Translations under genes and position numbers: made by a program
Shown: positions 40,565 through 53,270 of the stretch, one piece after another
How the letters are laid out: the number at the start of each line of letters is the position of its first letter
Position numbering within the stretch: position 1 is the stretch's first letter
Source of the DNA: Harriotta raleighana
Taxonomy: Eukaryota
Reading direction: 5' to 3'
DNA length: 64,000 nucleotides
Assembly: GCA_050575255.1 (NCBI GenBank)
Contig: JBNZDD010013683.1
Coordinates: forward strand, 2,123,263-2,187,262
The notes under the pieces: generated by a model
What the model was told of the DNA's origin: nothing
Databases searched by the model: none
Seen by the model: only the letters and a program-made list of their open reading frames with translations

Positions 40565-40685
40565 TATACCCGCAAAATATACAGTCAATTTGCTTTACAG
40601 TATATTCCGTGAAGCACTTTGAGATGTCTAGAAGATATGAAAAGCGCTATATCAAATGCAAGGATTATTATTATTTATTAGATTA
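40565..40685 (+). mobile_element. SINE 3' half
   Basis: cagtcaatttgctttacagtatattccgtgaagcactttgagatgtctagaag...atcaaatgcaaggattattatt. Confidence 0.88.
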
Positions 40686-42654
40686 TTTTATTTTATGCTT
40701 TTTTAAATCCTTGTGTTTATTTCCCCCCAGCTCTCTAAACCCATAATATAGAATGAGCACTACCATGTGCTGAAAGGGTTAACCTGGAGATGTGGAAGGT
40801 GCCGTATTAAATTTTCATCATAAAAATTACCAACAGCGTTATGCAAATGGATATACCCTTGCAGAATGAAGGCGATCTGACTCTTAACTCTAGCTTTTAT
40901 TGCTAAAGCAGAGTCGAATGTACACAACTCAATTGTGGTCAGGGAGTGCTCCCTTCCATAAAGGAATTCATTAGTCTGATTTGTTGAGAACTATATTAAC
41001 AATACTATTGAAAATTATAGGCAGCACAGTTTCTCATAATCTCAGAAGCCTCCGCCTTCTGCATTTCGGATGATGAGAGTCACAAAAGAACAATGGGGGA
41101 AATGTCACATTTTAATTAGGTACAGCATTCCCTCTTAACTGAACAATTCTAACGAACTCAAAGAGGCCTGCTTACTGTCAGTGCCATTTTAAGTGAATGC
41201 CTGATAAGTGAATATTTCTTTTAAGTGAATAGAAATTAAGAACCCCAAGCTGTTTTCCATTTACACTCATTATTTTTGTCCTTGCTAATGAATAATTTTA
41301 TGTCATTGCTTCTGCAGAGTGAATATTTTTTGCCTGTGTTACATAGTTTATTGGCCAAATTGCACGCAAGTCACCTGCTCCATGACTTCTGCATTTCAAC
41401 AATCTGTCAGACTTCAGGAAGTGAAAAATAAGAACAGTATGAAACACTTTACACTTTAGACAAACTCCCATCAGAATTAAAACCATACAGGACTGTGGGC
41501 AGTGGATAATTATCACGACCGTTGCACTGTGAACTCCAATAAATTGTTCCAGAATACAGATTAAATGAAACAATATGAGATTTATTACTCAGTTACACTA
41601 TGCTGCGATGTGTACATTAATGTAGAAAGCTAAAGAGCACATCTACCTTCCCATCTCTCAGTCTCCAATAGGGTATACTTTGCTCGCTTATCAAAATAAT
41701 CTTGCATTGGACTTGTTTAGAATAAATCAATACTGAGTTACAGAGTGTGAAAAGGAAACAAATGGCATTTTATGGCTTTCCTCACTTGAGATTTGTTTAC
41801 CAGAACAAGCAGTTTTTTTTTACAATATCAGCTTCTGCTCAAACTTGGGAAATTGACTTTCTCTGGTCATTTGAAGAGTAGTAATTGCCGAGAATTACTC
41901 TCAATTCCTTTTTGGGCCCTGTTTAGTTTCCAGGCAAGAAAAGACGATAATGTTAAGGGCTAGAACATATTTTCTTCTCTCGCAAGGGTTCGACCAACAG
42001 AACAAAGATATCCAAGAGCTTCTAATTTACCCTAACAAGTTACTGTGGCTAAAGCTCAACCTCCAGAGAGCACCCCACTACACTAGTATGACATTTCCAT
42101 TTCCTGCACAATCTATCATTACAGCTTCCTGCAGTGAGACTGCTAAATTTGTGCTGTATTATCGGCAGCCGTGTACTGTGGGATTTTCATCAATTAAAAA
42201 TCTGGGTCAAGATCAGCATTGCCAAGATTCATTTCACTTAAGACCCTTTCTGAGACTTTCAATCTCGCCCTGGTTTAATTTCATGGAAATACTGTAGATC
42301 GGAAATTTGTTTTGTACCAAAATAAACTTTTTGCGAAGAACCCAATTTTTGGGGGGAACTCGATTTTTTTTGCCTTGTTTCTTCTGAGAGATCTTTCCTC
42401 ATCGATATATTCTCCCTGAACAAGAAGTTGCAACACAGTCATTTTCGCTGATGTGGTCAAAGATGCCCTTGACTGACCCGTCAGATAATCTAATTGAATG
42501 GAATAAAAAAAAAGAGACAATTCTTGTCTCGTCCTGCATTCTCTCATTGGGCAGCCTGATCACGATTGGTGAGATTCACTCGATGGGTCAAATCAATTGG
42601 GAATTTATCAATCAAGATTGATTCTTGAACTCACATTGGGACACAATAAAGTGT

Positions 42655-43035
42655 CACAAACACTGGGAGAATCTTGCTTCTCTCTTTGAATAGTGTCCAT
42701 GCAATCATAGAACTATACAGCACCTAAGGAAGCCACTTGACTCGTCGTATCTATGCTGGCTCTTTGTAAAGAGCTATTCAAATCAATCCCACTTCCTTGC
42801 CCTCTCTCTCCCCATAGCCCTGCAAACTTCTCCTCTCCAAATAATTATCTACTTCTCACTTACAAGTTGTTATCGAATTGGCTTCCACCACCCTTTCAGT
42901 CAATGCATTCCAGATCCTTTTAATGACTATTTTGAATCGGTGTCCTCGGGTTACAGACCCACATTCACCAGTGCCCTGGGATCTTCAATTTTAACCTGAG
43001 TAGGACAGCTAGACAGGACCTTGGTTTCATGCTAT
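42655..43035 (-). mobile_element. CR1 3' end (about 42704-42960) nested within an older DeuSINE Deu domain
   Basis: Deu pieces ggagaatcttgcttctctctttgaatagtg and gtgccctgggatcttc...acctgagtaggacag flank atcatagaactatacagcac...ccccatagccctgcaa...tccaccaccctttcagtcaatgcattccaga. Confidence 0.7.
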
Positions 43036-43102
43036 TTCAAATAAATGTACTTCAGGCAACGCAGCTCTCCCCAAAGTACTGTCTTGGGGTCCCAAAGGTA
43101 AA

Positions 43103-43405
43103 ACAACAACAAACAACAACAAAATGTCATTGGTACAGCCTTTCACATTGGCAGGACATCCAAAGGCACTGGACAATCAGTGTTTCGGACCAAAGTGGGG
43201 TGGGGGGGTGGTGTCCAGACCAGAGAGGGGGTGGTGGTGGTGGTGGTGGGGGTTCTGGACCAGAGAGGAAGGAGGGTGACCAAAGACATGATCAAAGAGG
43301 AGGCTCTTGTGATGGAGGAGGCAAGTGAGGGGGCAAGGCGGAGAGAGTGTGGGATAGAGTTCCAGAGAGTGGAGGCTGAGTGACTGAAGTCTCACCCACC
43401 AATGT
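43103..43405 (-). mobile_element. L2 LINE 3' end
   Basis: (caa)n tail, C-rich 3' UTR, and minus-strand FSHSASTLWNSIP ORF2 end motif. Confidence 0.8.
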
Positions 43406-43744
43406 ACTAGTTGTGGTTTTGAGTCTTTCTTATCCAATTGAACATGTTTTCTGTTTTACGTTAATTATACCAATCAGTGGGATATCCAGCTGATGTGAAA
43501 GCTGCTATATAAATGTAAATAGACTTTATTACAGATCCACATGAAAATTGTTTGGCATAGAACTGAGTGATGTCAGTACTCATGCATTTAAAAACATGTT
43601 AACTTTCATTGTGGCTGCTCTAAATACAATAATATCAGCACCACCTCCAGTGGTGTGGTAGAACACCAGCTAATATTGCAAAAACTTTATTCTAATAACT
43701 CCTGGGTCCTATTTTGAGGTTGAAATACCTGTTGATTCACCTCA

Positions 43745-43875
43745 TGGATGGTTTGTGAGATGTTGTTGTACGCAAATTGGTTGCCTTGTTGTCCTACAAA
43801 TGACACAGTCATTGCATTCTACAGTATATCCTGCGAAGCACTTTGAATTGAAAGGCACTAAAGTCAAATATGCAG
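43745..43875 (+). mobile_element. SINE (Deu core + tail)
   Basis: gtttgtgagatgttgttgtacgcaaattggttgcc...tacagtatatcctgcgaagcactttg. Confidence 0.75.
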
Positions 43876-44749
43876 ATTTTTTTCATGTTAAAACTATCTG
43901 GTTGGATTTTCACTAAGGGCCGATGTGATGTAAACAGTCATACATAGATTACGGTTTCAGTTGACATAATATTCATTTTATAGCAAAACTAGCAACACTT
44001 TTATTCATAGCATAACTTTAGACTCATCTGCCTTAAAGTTATTAATGCTAAGGAATTCTGTTGAATATATTACTATATTGACCAGGTGCCAACTTTACAT
44101 GAATGTTAGTGTAGTGTTTTATATCAATATAGTTACAGGGAGTCTGGTTCGAATTTGGAAAGAACTTAAATTCAATAATTACTCAGAGAAAGGAGATGGT
44201 TTGTGTCCTCTCTGTTGTTATAATATGTTTGTCTCTATGTCCAGCCAACCATTAGTCCAATGCATAACTCACAGTCCTAGGCATAGGCTCCTTTAAGCCC
44301 TAGAGGTAAATTAAACACAGGTTGACTACCTTGGACCAAACTTCTTCAGTACAGAACTATTATATAACAACTAATTGGTTAGTATGTCACCTCTAATCAG
44401 ATTAGGATAGTTCAGACTTAAAGAACAGGGCAAATGTTGTTTTAATTTGAGATGTAACATCACAAACCTTGGATGCAAAGACTAATTTAATATCCCCAAA
44501 GAAAGACAACATAGTCAATTCCTCTAAGAATATGACTGTTCCCCATTCAAATCAAAATATTTATTTTAAATATATGATGGACTTTCAACTCACATTCAAT
44601 GTTTAAAACATTTGAACTGAAAAAATGATGCAGTCAGTGTGAGTTCACAAATGTTCACTCGCTGTTTAAATACGACAGATTGACTTTTCCCCCATTGTGC
44701 ACATTCAGTTTTCTATTCGTTATTGTACAAATATGTTCTTTTTGCAGGA

Positions 44750-44968
44750 ATGAAATCGGGGCAAACATTGCACAAAATGCACAATTGGCAGTGAATTCAT
44801 TTTACAGTATAATCTGACGCGCTTTCAGGCGTCAGGGTAAGGATTATTATGATTTATTATTTCGAAGATGTGATAAGGGGCAACGTCAAATACAAGGATT
44901 ACAATTATTATTATATTCACCATAGGATTTGATAACTTGATAAGGAAAATGCAAGGATTATTATTATC
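44750..44968 (+). mobile_element. SINE fragment followed by serial tail copies
   Basis: Three successive aaggatt(att)n tails at about 44840, 44895 and 44953. Confidence 0.65.
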
Positions 44969-45109
44969 TGTACTGTGTTTCAGAAAAATATACCACATTC
45001 ATTCTGGTTCCTTGTGAATATACAGTGATTTTTTTTGTAAAATGTTGACCTCTTTCTTTACAAGATTTCATTAGCAACATTATCACGGGATGGCGGCATC
45101 ATGGACAAA

Positions 45110-45740
45110 GAGACAATTGGTCCTTTTAACCAACAAGATTGAGAAGCAAATGGATGAACTGAAAGAGACCCATGGGAGAGCTGAAAGAGACCAAGGAGTG
45201 TTAGTTGATTCATTAATCATCCTGTCCAAACAGTGTGAAACAGCAATAAACAAAGCAAACTGTTCGCTCAGCTCTGTTGACAATCGATTGAGTTCAGATC
45301 CCCCAAAGTCATGTTCAAGTTGTACTATGCTCTGATCAGGCCACACCTGGGATATTGTAAACAGTCCATTTGGGTGCCATGAGGATCATCATTAGACAAG
45401 ATATGGCTCTTCATTCTTCAAAGGTCTCACCCCCTACCCTTCACCCACCCCATACCCAATGGATTCTTATAGAGTTATATAAGATTTTAAATCAATTTGA
45501 AAAAGTAAACAACCAAATCATCTTCAGATATGCCAGAACAGCAGCATAGGGCGATGAAGATTCAGAGCAGCTAAAGGCTGTTTCAGGACAGACATCAGGA
45601 AGTATTTCTTTGCCCAGAAGAAATTGAGGAATTGAATGGTTTACCAGAATGGGGTCTCATTTGAAAACAAAAGTTTGATGCTGTGACGGGAGGACATCAA
45701 AGAGTGGAAGAATTGAGACCAAAGGGTCTTCTTCATGTCA
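45110..45740 (+). mobile_element. CR1 LINE ORF2 C-terminal region, decayed
   Basis: ERDQGVLVDSLIILSKQCETAINKAN, IEFRSPKVMFKLYYALIRPHLGYCKQ and FRTDIRKYFFAQ match CR1 EKDLGVxVD...QC...KAN, LYxALVRPHLEYCVQ and FRxDIRKxFF motifs. Confidence 0.88.
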
Positions 45741-47099
45741 GCCAAACGTATGATCTTGTGACTGAATTGACGGAGAAGACGGAGAGAAGAGACTAAGGAT
45801 AAGATGAGTGAATAGTTTAGCATGCCCAGAATGCCCATTGATTGGAGTGTCCTCAGAGGTAACAGTATGCAGGGGTATAGCATACTGCGTGATGTATTGA
45901 CCTGACTCCCACCTCCCCCACCACCAGGCAATCTGTTTGAGCAGTAAAGTGACATTTTCCGTGACCACACCATGAATTCTTATTAATAAAAATAATATTT
46001 TTATTAATGTGAAAGTGGCCTATTAGTTGTCATTGCACTGTCAATACATTACCACAGCATCTGGAATGATATGAACTAACCCCATTTTATTTAGTTAGAA
46101 TTTGACAGCGTCAGCTTCACGTTTCTTTTGAATGATCAAAATATAGTAATAGTAATCTCACTGTATTTGTTTATCGTTAAAGCTGTCATTCAGACATGTG
46201 GATGTGACAAGGATCACTGGCGATGGTCAGTCTGGAGCCTATGATCCTGGACACACCCACACAGTTGACTGACAGCTCCGCAGGTAAAGAAAAACAATAA
46301 ACGTTCCTTTTTGGTATCACAGTAATTAAACAGAATTATTAGAAGTTAGCCTTCCCCCTCTACACACCCCTGTTTAATTATCTTGAGAATTATTTAATAA
46401 TGAAAGGAAACACTTGAATTAAAAGTAAATGGTGCAAATAAATAAAGACTTCTGATTCGAATTGCCTTTCTTGGAAAATTCCCTTTATGAAAATCCCTAA
46501 AAAACAATATGCCTGCTTCCAGGCTGTAGCCCAGATCTTTCCTCAATGGACTCTCTTGAAGCCAATTCTTCAAGCCTCTTCAATATGGTTCTCATCAGTG
46601 ACATCCAGGAGAATGCACAACTGCAATCAGTGTTGCAAGGCAGAGTATGTGCGGTTGTTTTTGTGAAGAAAATGCCCCACTGGCTATTACTGGAACTCAT
46701 AACACACAAAGCTAAATTGCACAAATTGTGCTCACAATGGGACGTTTATCTAATTCACCAGTTTGGTTTTCTAATATAAAAGACGTTTTAATTGATTCAC
46801 TTCAACTACAAATATGGATTGTCAGTGATAAAATGTAATAAATTGGACACATTAGATATATTTTAAAAAGCCAAATATATTTATATTCTAGCTGAAATCC
46901 AGACATTTGAATTACAGTATTTCTAAATAGTACACCGGTATTCGCACAGCAGAACCACATGCCAACATTGGTTTCAATGTCCTACAAAAATTTACATGAT
47001 GAATATTCATCCTAATCACTTTGTGAAACACTGTTTGTATTGCCTTTGTAGTGTCATCTAGATCTAGTCTCACATTAATTTTCTTCACTCCCCAAACTT

Positions 47100-47418
47100 A
47101 GTAGGTCCCTTTCTCACTCCATCTCATCATTGGCAGCTGAGCTTTCAGACACTATTTCCTTGCTCCCTGCAACTCCCTCCGGAAAACTTTCCTGCACATA
47201 TCCTCTCTCCCTGTCTTTAAAACCCTACGGAAAAAATGAACACTTTGAGATAGTGGTCAACTCATCTCTTGGCTGTTTGTGGGACATTGTGTGAGACAAG
47301 AGCTGCCACGTTTGCCCATAAGATGCACAATCAATCCACTTTACAGTATATCCTGTGATGTGCTTTGAGACTCAATGACACGATAAAGTTCTACATCAAA
47401 AACTACAAGGATTATTAT
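47100..47418 (+). mobile_element. L2 ORF2 end contiguous with Deu core and SINE-type tail
   Basis: IGS*AFRHYFLAPCNSLRKTFLHISSLPVFKTLRK, then ctgtttgtgggacattg...gctgccacgtttgccc, then the tail. Confidence 0.75.
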
Positions 47419-48133
47419 GCATGGAACTCTCAGTCTGTTTTGGATACTCTTAAGCATGGTAATGGGGGTATTTCAGTCTGACCCAAAAAAACGAAGATCT
47501 TGGCAGTTCACATATTGCTAACTGGTAAGAAAGGATAATGGATTTCCAAGAAGTTTGGTTCTGTTTTTATCTATTTTAAATTTATTACTTCTCCGTAGGA
47601 AGGAAGTTGTCTATTTAGCCTTCTTGCGCTATCCGATTCTATTTCCTCCCCAGTGCAATGGTTACAGCAGAACTGGGGAATCATTTAAATACCACTATAT
47701 ATTCCTTGCCATGTCACAGAATTAAGTCAGTTGCCAGCTCCTTGACATGGACAATGAGTTGGGCAGCACAATTGTGTTGCCACTGAATTAAAAATATCAT
47801 AAAGTCTCAACAGTTCGCAAATGATATGTCGGTACTGATTCAGAAGTGTGCAGATCAGAGTTAGATCATTTCCCCTTTTGAGTAGTTGAAATGCAATTAA
47901 CTGATAGACAACATTCTCTGTGTGAACGCCAATCAACCACTTCTGAGATTGCCTTTGGAGGCAATTACAAAATGCCTGGGATAAGAAATTTGTTTGGGAT
48001 TTTCTATATATATATATATGTGCATAGATATATATATATAGTCAGAGCAGCCATAAACCATCTATATTCTATCAAAGATTGTGTGTTATCAAAGAATCTT
48101 ATAAAAGAGATGTAGTGTATTGTTTGTGTGGTG

Positions 48134-48184
48134 TGAGGAACAGTATAACGTCATATGAGGAACAGTATAACGTCATATGAGGAA
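48134..48184. repeat. Perfect 22-bp tandem duplication (2.3 copies)
   Basis: tgaggaacagtataacgtcata x2 + tgaggaa. Confidence 0.9.
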
Positions 48185-51100
48185 GGGCTATCTGACTTGA
48201 TACTTTCTAAATAAGAAAAGGAATGGTTAAATAGAAAATGACAAGACATGTTACCATGGTATGTTTTTGAGTAGATGTATTAGAGAACAAATCTTGAATT
48301 GCATTTGACAGTGTGTTAATGACCAATTTGTGCATGTAGAATGCGGTTTTAAATTTGTATCTTTTTTGCCGAATGCCTTTATTTTCTAAGAGCTTCTTGT
48401 GTCCAACCATTCCAGGCCTGGATATAAAAGCTTCTTACTCTGTGATCTTTAACCTGTACAACCATTAATCTATATACTGGTGAAAGAATTAATGGATACA
48501 GAGTAAATACCTCCACTGGGGAAAGGGTTAACGGACACAGAGTAAATGCCTCCAGGACATAATTAATTTATATTTGAGATATTTTATGTCCTCGTGCAAT
48601 CAATAAATCTTCACATCTGTGGGACTTTCTCTGAATGAAAACACATGAAACAGGTGCAGTTCACTGAAAAAAAGTCTTAAAAAGAAATAAAAAGCAGCTT
48701 GATCGGCCAGGAAAACTTAAAAATAACTTAATCTGAGCTAAACCCCAGTGTAAAACTATCAGGTTACAGTACGGGAGGGTTCGCAATATCACAGATTTAC
48801 ATTTTGTGCTTTAACTATTCAGTTCTCTCTGTCTTTGTTCCTACTCATTTTGAAGGGAACATTTTCTCCCTGAGAAATGTATTGGAAATGCTGACTGAGG
48901 AATTCACGTGAGGGACCAACAGTTATATAATTCTGCAAGTTGAGTTCTGAGAACCCTTGTTATTCCAAGCCACCTGCTGCAATGGAGGGGCAGATAGGTT
49001 GTGGGATGAAGGGGGTGGGGGTGATGCTTTAGTTTCCTAAACCCAATTTCAGATCATTTGGTTAGGCAAAAGAATATATTCATCCTACATCATGTTTTGT
49101 AACAAATGAACACACCTTGATTTGGGTGGCCTAATCTCACCATCAAGAAGCATCAAGTAGTTAGACAGCGACAATAAACTTGCATTCATATAGCGTCCTT
49201 CGGGCGGGGCAGGGTCTCGGAGACTGTGGTCTGGATCATCCTGTTCCCTCTTGTGGTCTATTTTACATTCTCCCCAATAAGGTAGACCACAAGCAGGTGA
49301 GCGGATCGTCGGAATAGAAGAGAATACTTCAGAACAATTGTATCAGGCAGGCAGGAGTCAGGCCGGGCTCAATCCAATTGCTAAATTGAAAACTGTGTCA
49401 CAGATCTGAGTACAATTCAAATATTGCCATTGGTTTGAGACCACATAAAGGAGGTAAAACCACATGAACTCTGAATTTCACATCACGTGGAAAGCCAAGA
49501 TTCAAAGTTTTATTTTAAAGGAACAGCATTTTGACTTCAGATTCTGGCAAGCAGATCATTGCGCATTGCACATGTGTTTAAAGGCACATGTGCGAAGCTT
49601 CACTTCCCCTAAGCACAGAGTATTGGAAAGCTAGCAACATTATTCAGCCAGGACAATGCACAATACTTTCAAGCAACGTACTATTTAAAGCAACGTAAAC
49701 ATCTGTGTTGGTCATACTCATGAGCACGGTATAGGTTTTCTGGAAAATAGACGAGAACAGTTGTAAGGTTTTCTCTGTGCTGCGTTGCTTAATCTAAACT
49801 GAGTGCAATTTGTGGATTCTCAAAATACATATTTTTTAATTAATCCATGCATCATTCAAAGAAGAGAGTTTCTCTGATCTATGAGGTTGCCATGTTATTG
49901 CAACATTTTATGTTGCCTTAGGTCTGTTACTGAGATGCAATTATTTCAGTTTGCTTTAGTTGGGAACTTTGTTAGAGCAGATGGAGGGCTAAGATAGCAC
50001 AGGGTTTTCTGAAGTAATTACATTTCTATAATATAAATATTTTACAGATGACGTGACAATCTGCTAATTGTCAGAATACTAATTAGAAGAAGTAACAAGT
50101 TTTTAAAAAATATATATATATAAATGTCAATAATCATTTTGTGATCAGAAACTGGGTTTCAAAAGGCTTCTGAGGATTAAACAGTTCGCAGTAATTTGTT
50201 TTGTGATAGTTTGGAATTATTGAATAAATTCAGACAAAAGCACAACAGAACATGGTTTGAACTCAACTTTGGTTTCCGTTGTCCATCTAATCTAACGCTT
50301 CCTTATGATCACATTAACATTGCAAATCTGATACGCTTGCCGTCTTCTTCCTTTATGATTTATTTAGAAACCACTTTGATTAATATTTTGCCTGCGGGGG
50401 TCTGGCATTTAGATATTGTTGACATTTCTGTAAGATTTATCCTTTGAACAAAGCCTGAAATTTCAAAGGAATCTTACTAATGGAGGCTTGTTGCATGTAG
50501 GTTGAACAGTCCAGGCCAGTAGCAGAGAATTAAAGAGTTTCTATAGAAATGTGCAAGCTGATCCCAGAGAGCCCTCTGGCTCTGCAATGACCCAGGTCAC
50601 AGTGTCTTCCTGTAAAAAGGTACATGCAAAGTTCAGGGCTTAGAGACCAAACCAAATTTAGGGCCACTACAGACCTTCCGACTGACCTAAGAGCCACACT
50701 TGTGGAATTTTATAACCCACACAAAAAAAAAGCAGACACAGGAATTAATTCTGTATTTCAATATCTATCATCTCCTTCCTCTCCCCACACATACACCTGG
50801 CAAGGGTTCGTTCTTCTCTGCAAATCTTTGTGCTGTTTTTTTAAAAAAAACACACACACAAACTGCACTCAAATCTGGGTGTTTTATCTTTGTGACTTAC
50901 ATACAGTCAGGATCAATCAACCAGCCACAATGTTTCACTTCTTGCCTGTCATTAATTTCCTTTTAAATTTTTACATGACATGAATTCTATTGTAATATAC
51001 AAGAGAACAGAAAATTTGTAAAAAAAAAAATAATTTAATTGTGCTGTCCTTACAATCTTACTATTTCGAAGAACGAAAACAAGTCAAATTAGTACAAGTT

Positions 51101-53204
51101 AGTGAAGTGTGCATGAGAGGACTGTCACTTCAAGAATTATTGCAATCTGGGTAATACCAAGGACACAAAAACATTGCAAAGTCATTGGACGTGAAACCTT
51201 CGTATTACACCATAGGAGTCAGTGGCAGCTGACAGCTTAAACAAGGGAGCAACGATAACGGGGGTCAGTATCTGAACGTTAGTATCCAAACTGTTTGACT
51301 TGCACATCCATCAGTCTTTGCAGTAATTGGGTGGGATTTTCCTGTCAAGATTCGCAAGAGAACAGAAACGTACGTTGAAAAGCAATAGGAAATGTACAAT
51401 ACAATACAATACAGACATGCGTGTGTTTGAGTTTCTCCTGGGTTGATAAGTTGATCGAGCTTGCAGCTCCTATGGGGCGGGAGGTGGGGAGGGGCAGGGG
51501 GTGACATCAATGACAATTGACAAAAGAAGTGAGGAAGATTCTGATGACTCACTGCCCAGTTTCCACTTTAGACACAATGATAACCTTGCTGCTGTTTTTA
51601 TCCCTGTCACAGTTGATAATTCAGGCATGAAGACTCTCTGGAGTTACAGTAAAATTGTAAATATGGACCATTTTGAGACGCACATGTTGTAAGTGCTTCA
51701 GTGGAAAACCGATTCCCAAAGCGAAATCACTCGCTCAGCCCGATCCATAAAATGAAGCGAGCGGCAATAGGAAATCCGCCGTCGGTTTGATTTTACGGGA
51801 TGTTTAAAATGAACGAAATGCGCGAAATTTTATGGGCTCCTGAATTTTTCGTACAGTAAATCTGTGTGACAAGGCTCCGACTGTGAACAAAGGCAACTCA
51901 GAACATTTTGTTCAGGGGGGGGAAATAATGAAGTCCATGAACAACACAGCCAAGCCCATTGCTCTCTGCTCCCCACAGGCAACATATACGCTCGGCTGTC
52001 TCAGCTCAGGCAAGCAACGGATGTTATTTCCTTTATTTATCTCCTATGATTTTGAGGTCATAGCAATGTGCTTGTTGGCGCAATCAGCAGTTGAACCCAG
52101 CAACATCGTCCCAGGAGATTTTGAACTTCCTACCTGAAGTCCTTTCTCAACATTTCCCTTAACAACCAGAGGTATAAACATCTCCAATCACATCGGTGTG
52201 GAGACAGAAAGACTCTCATTGTTACCACTGCTCATCCTGTTTCTCAGCTGAATAGTTCTTAGTTCTCAATGAAACCGTGAATGATGACATCGTTCCTTTC
52301 GGGGGTGGGGCTGTGGTTATTTGTGTTTTTGAAAAAGAAAGAGTGATTTTTTTTTAATTTCAAGCTTTGTAGATTGATTTTATTTTTTAAATCGATAAAA
52401 AGAAATTCAGACAAGGAAAATGTAGAGGACATGTTGATTCTTTTGCACTTTAGAGATGAGCCACATGGATCCCAGTTGTCTTTTCCGGGCTGGTACATTC
52501 CTACGTTCTCACGTTTCTAAACTTCAGACCAACTGAGTCCATGCAATGAGCTCAGGAGGCACTTTTTTCACACTACCTTTGTCAAAAGTATCATCCGCAT
52601 GCTATTTTCCAGCTGTTATCAGCCTGATTTACGGACATTGAGACACACACAGAGAATTTCACAACCACCACATTGCAAAACTGTCCTGGAATCCTGTGGC
52701 AGCATGTAAATCTTTTGCCAAAAACCACAATCCCATGCAATGTCTGGCTCAGGAATGTCCCAATAACCTCGACCATATAGTGATGTACTGTGGCTCTGCA
52801 CCTATCAAGTCCCCATGTGGTGAGCTCCTGATTTCAATCACTGCTGTGAGAACAGTTGCCAAGTGGAGGCCAGGCATTTCCCCACAGGAAAGGGGGAACA
52901 AACAAGAGAGACAAATAGTTCTATTAAAACTCTGGTGTTTTAACCAACCACTTCTTTCACTTGTTCTGTGGCTGAATGAGGCTTCCTCTTTATAGTGTTC
53001 ACTTATTTTCTCTCGCTGGTCAGAAGGAAGGGGATGCGTGCTGAAACCCAGCTGTGGTAACATCCCACGGGCAACGGACAGAAGGCCTGACTAGAAGACC
53101 GGAAACAGGGAGCAGCACAGGTCTCCCAGGAAGCCACAGGTGAAGCAGAAATGAGCTCAAAGCAGCTCCTGGCCTTAATTATCAGTCACTCTGTCCCACA
53201 GCAA

Positions 53205-53270
53205 GAAAACAAAATATACAGTCAATTCACGTTATAGTATATTCTGTGAAGCTCTTTGAGATATTGAGGA
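53205..53270 (+). mobile_element. SINE fragment
   Basis: aatatacagtcaattcacgttatagtatattctgtgaagctctttgagat. Confidence 0.75.

Noticed and set aside
45090-45335. 81-aa ORF that reads like a real protein
   Set aside because: Explained as a decayed CR1 ORF2 fragment.
52080-52135. Minus-strand KISWDDVAG resembling an AAA-ATPase N-terminal motif
   Set aside because: A stop follows after three more codons, there is no supporting splice structure, and no Walker motifs are nearby.
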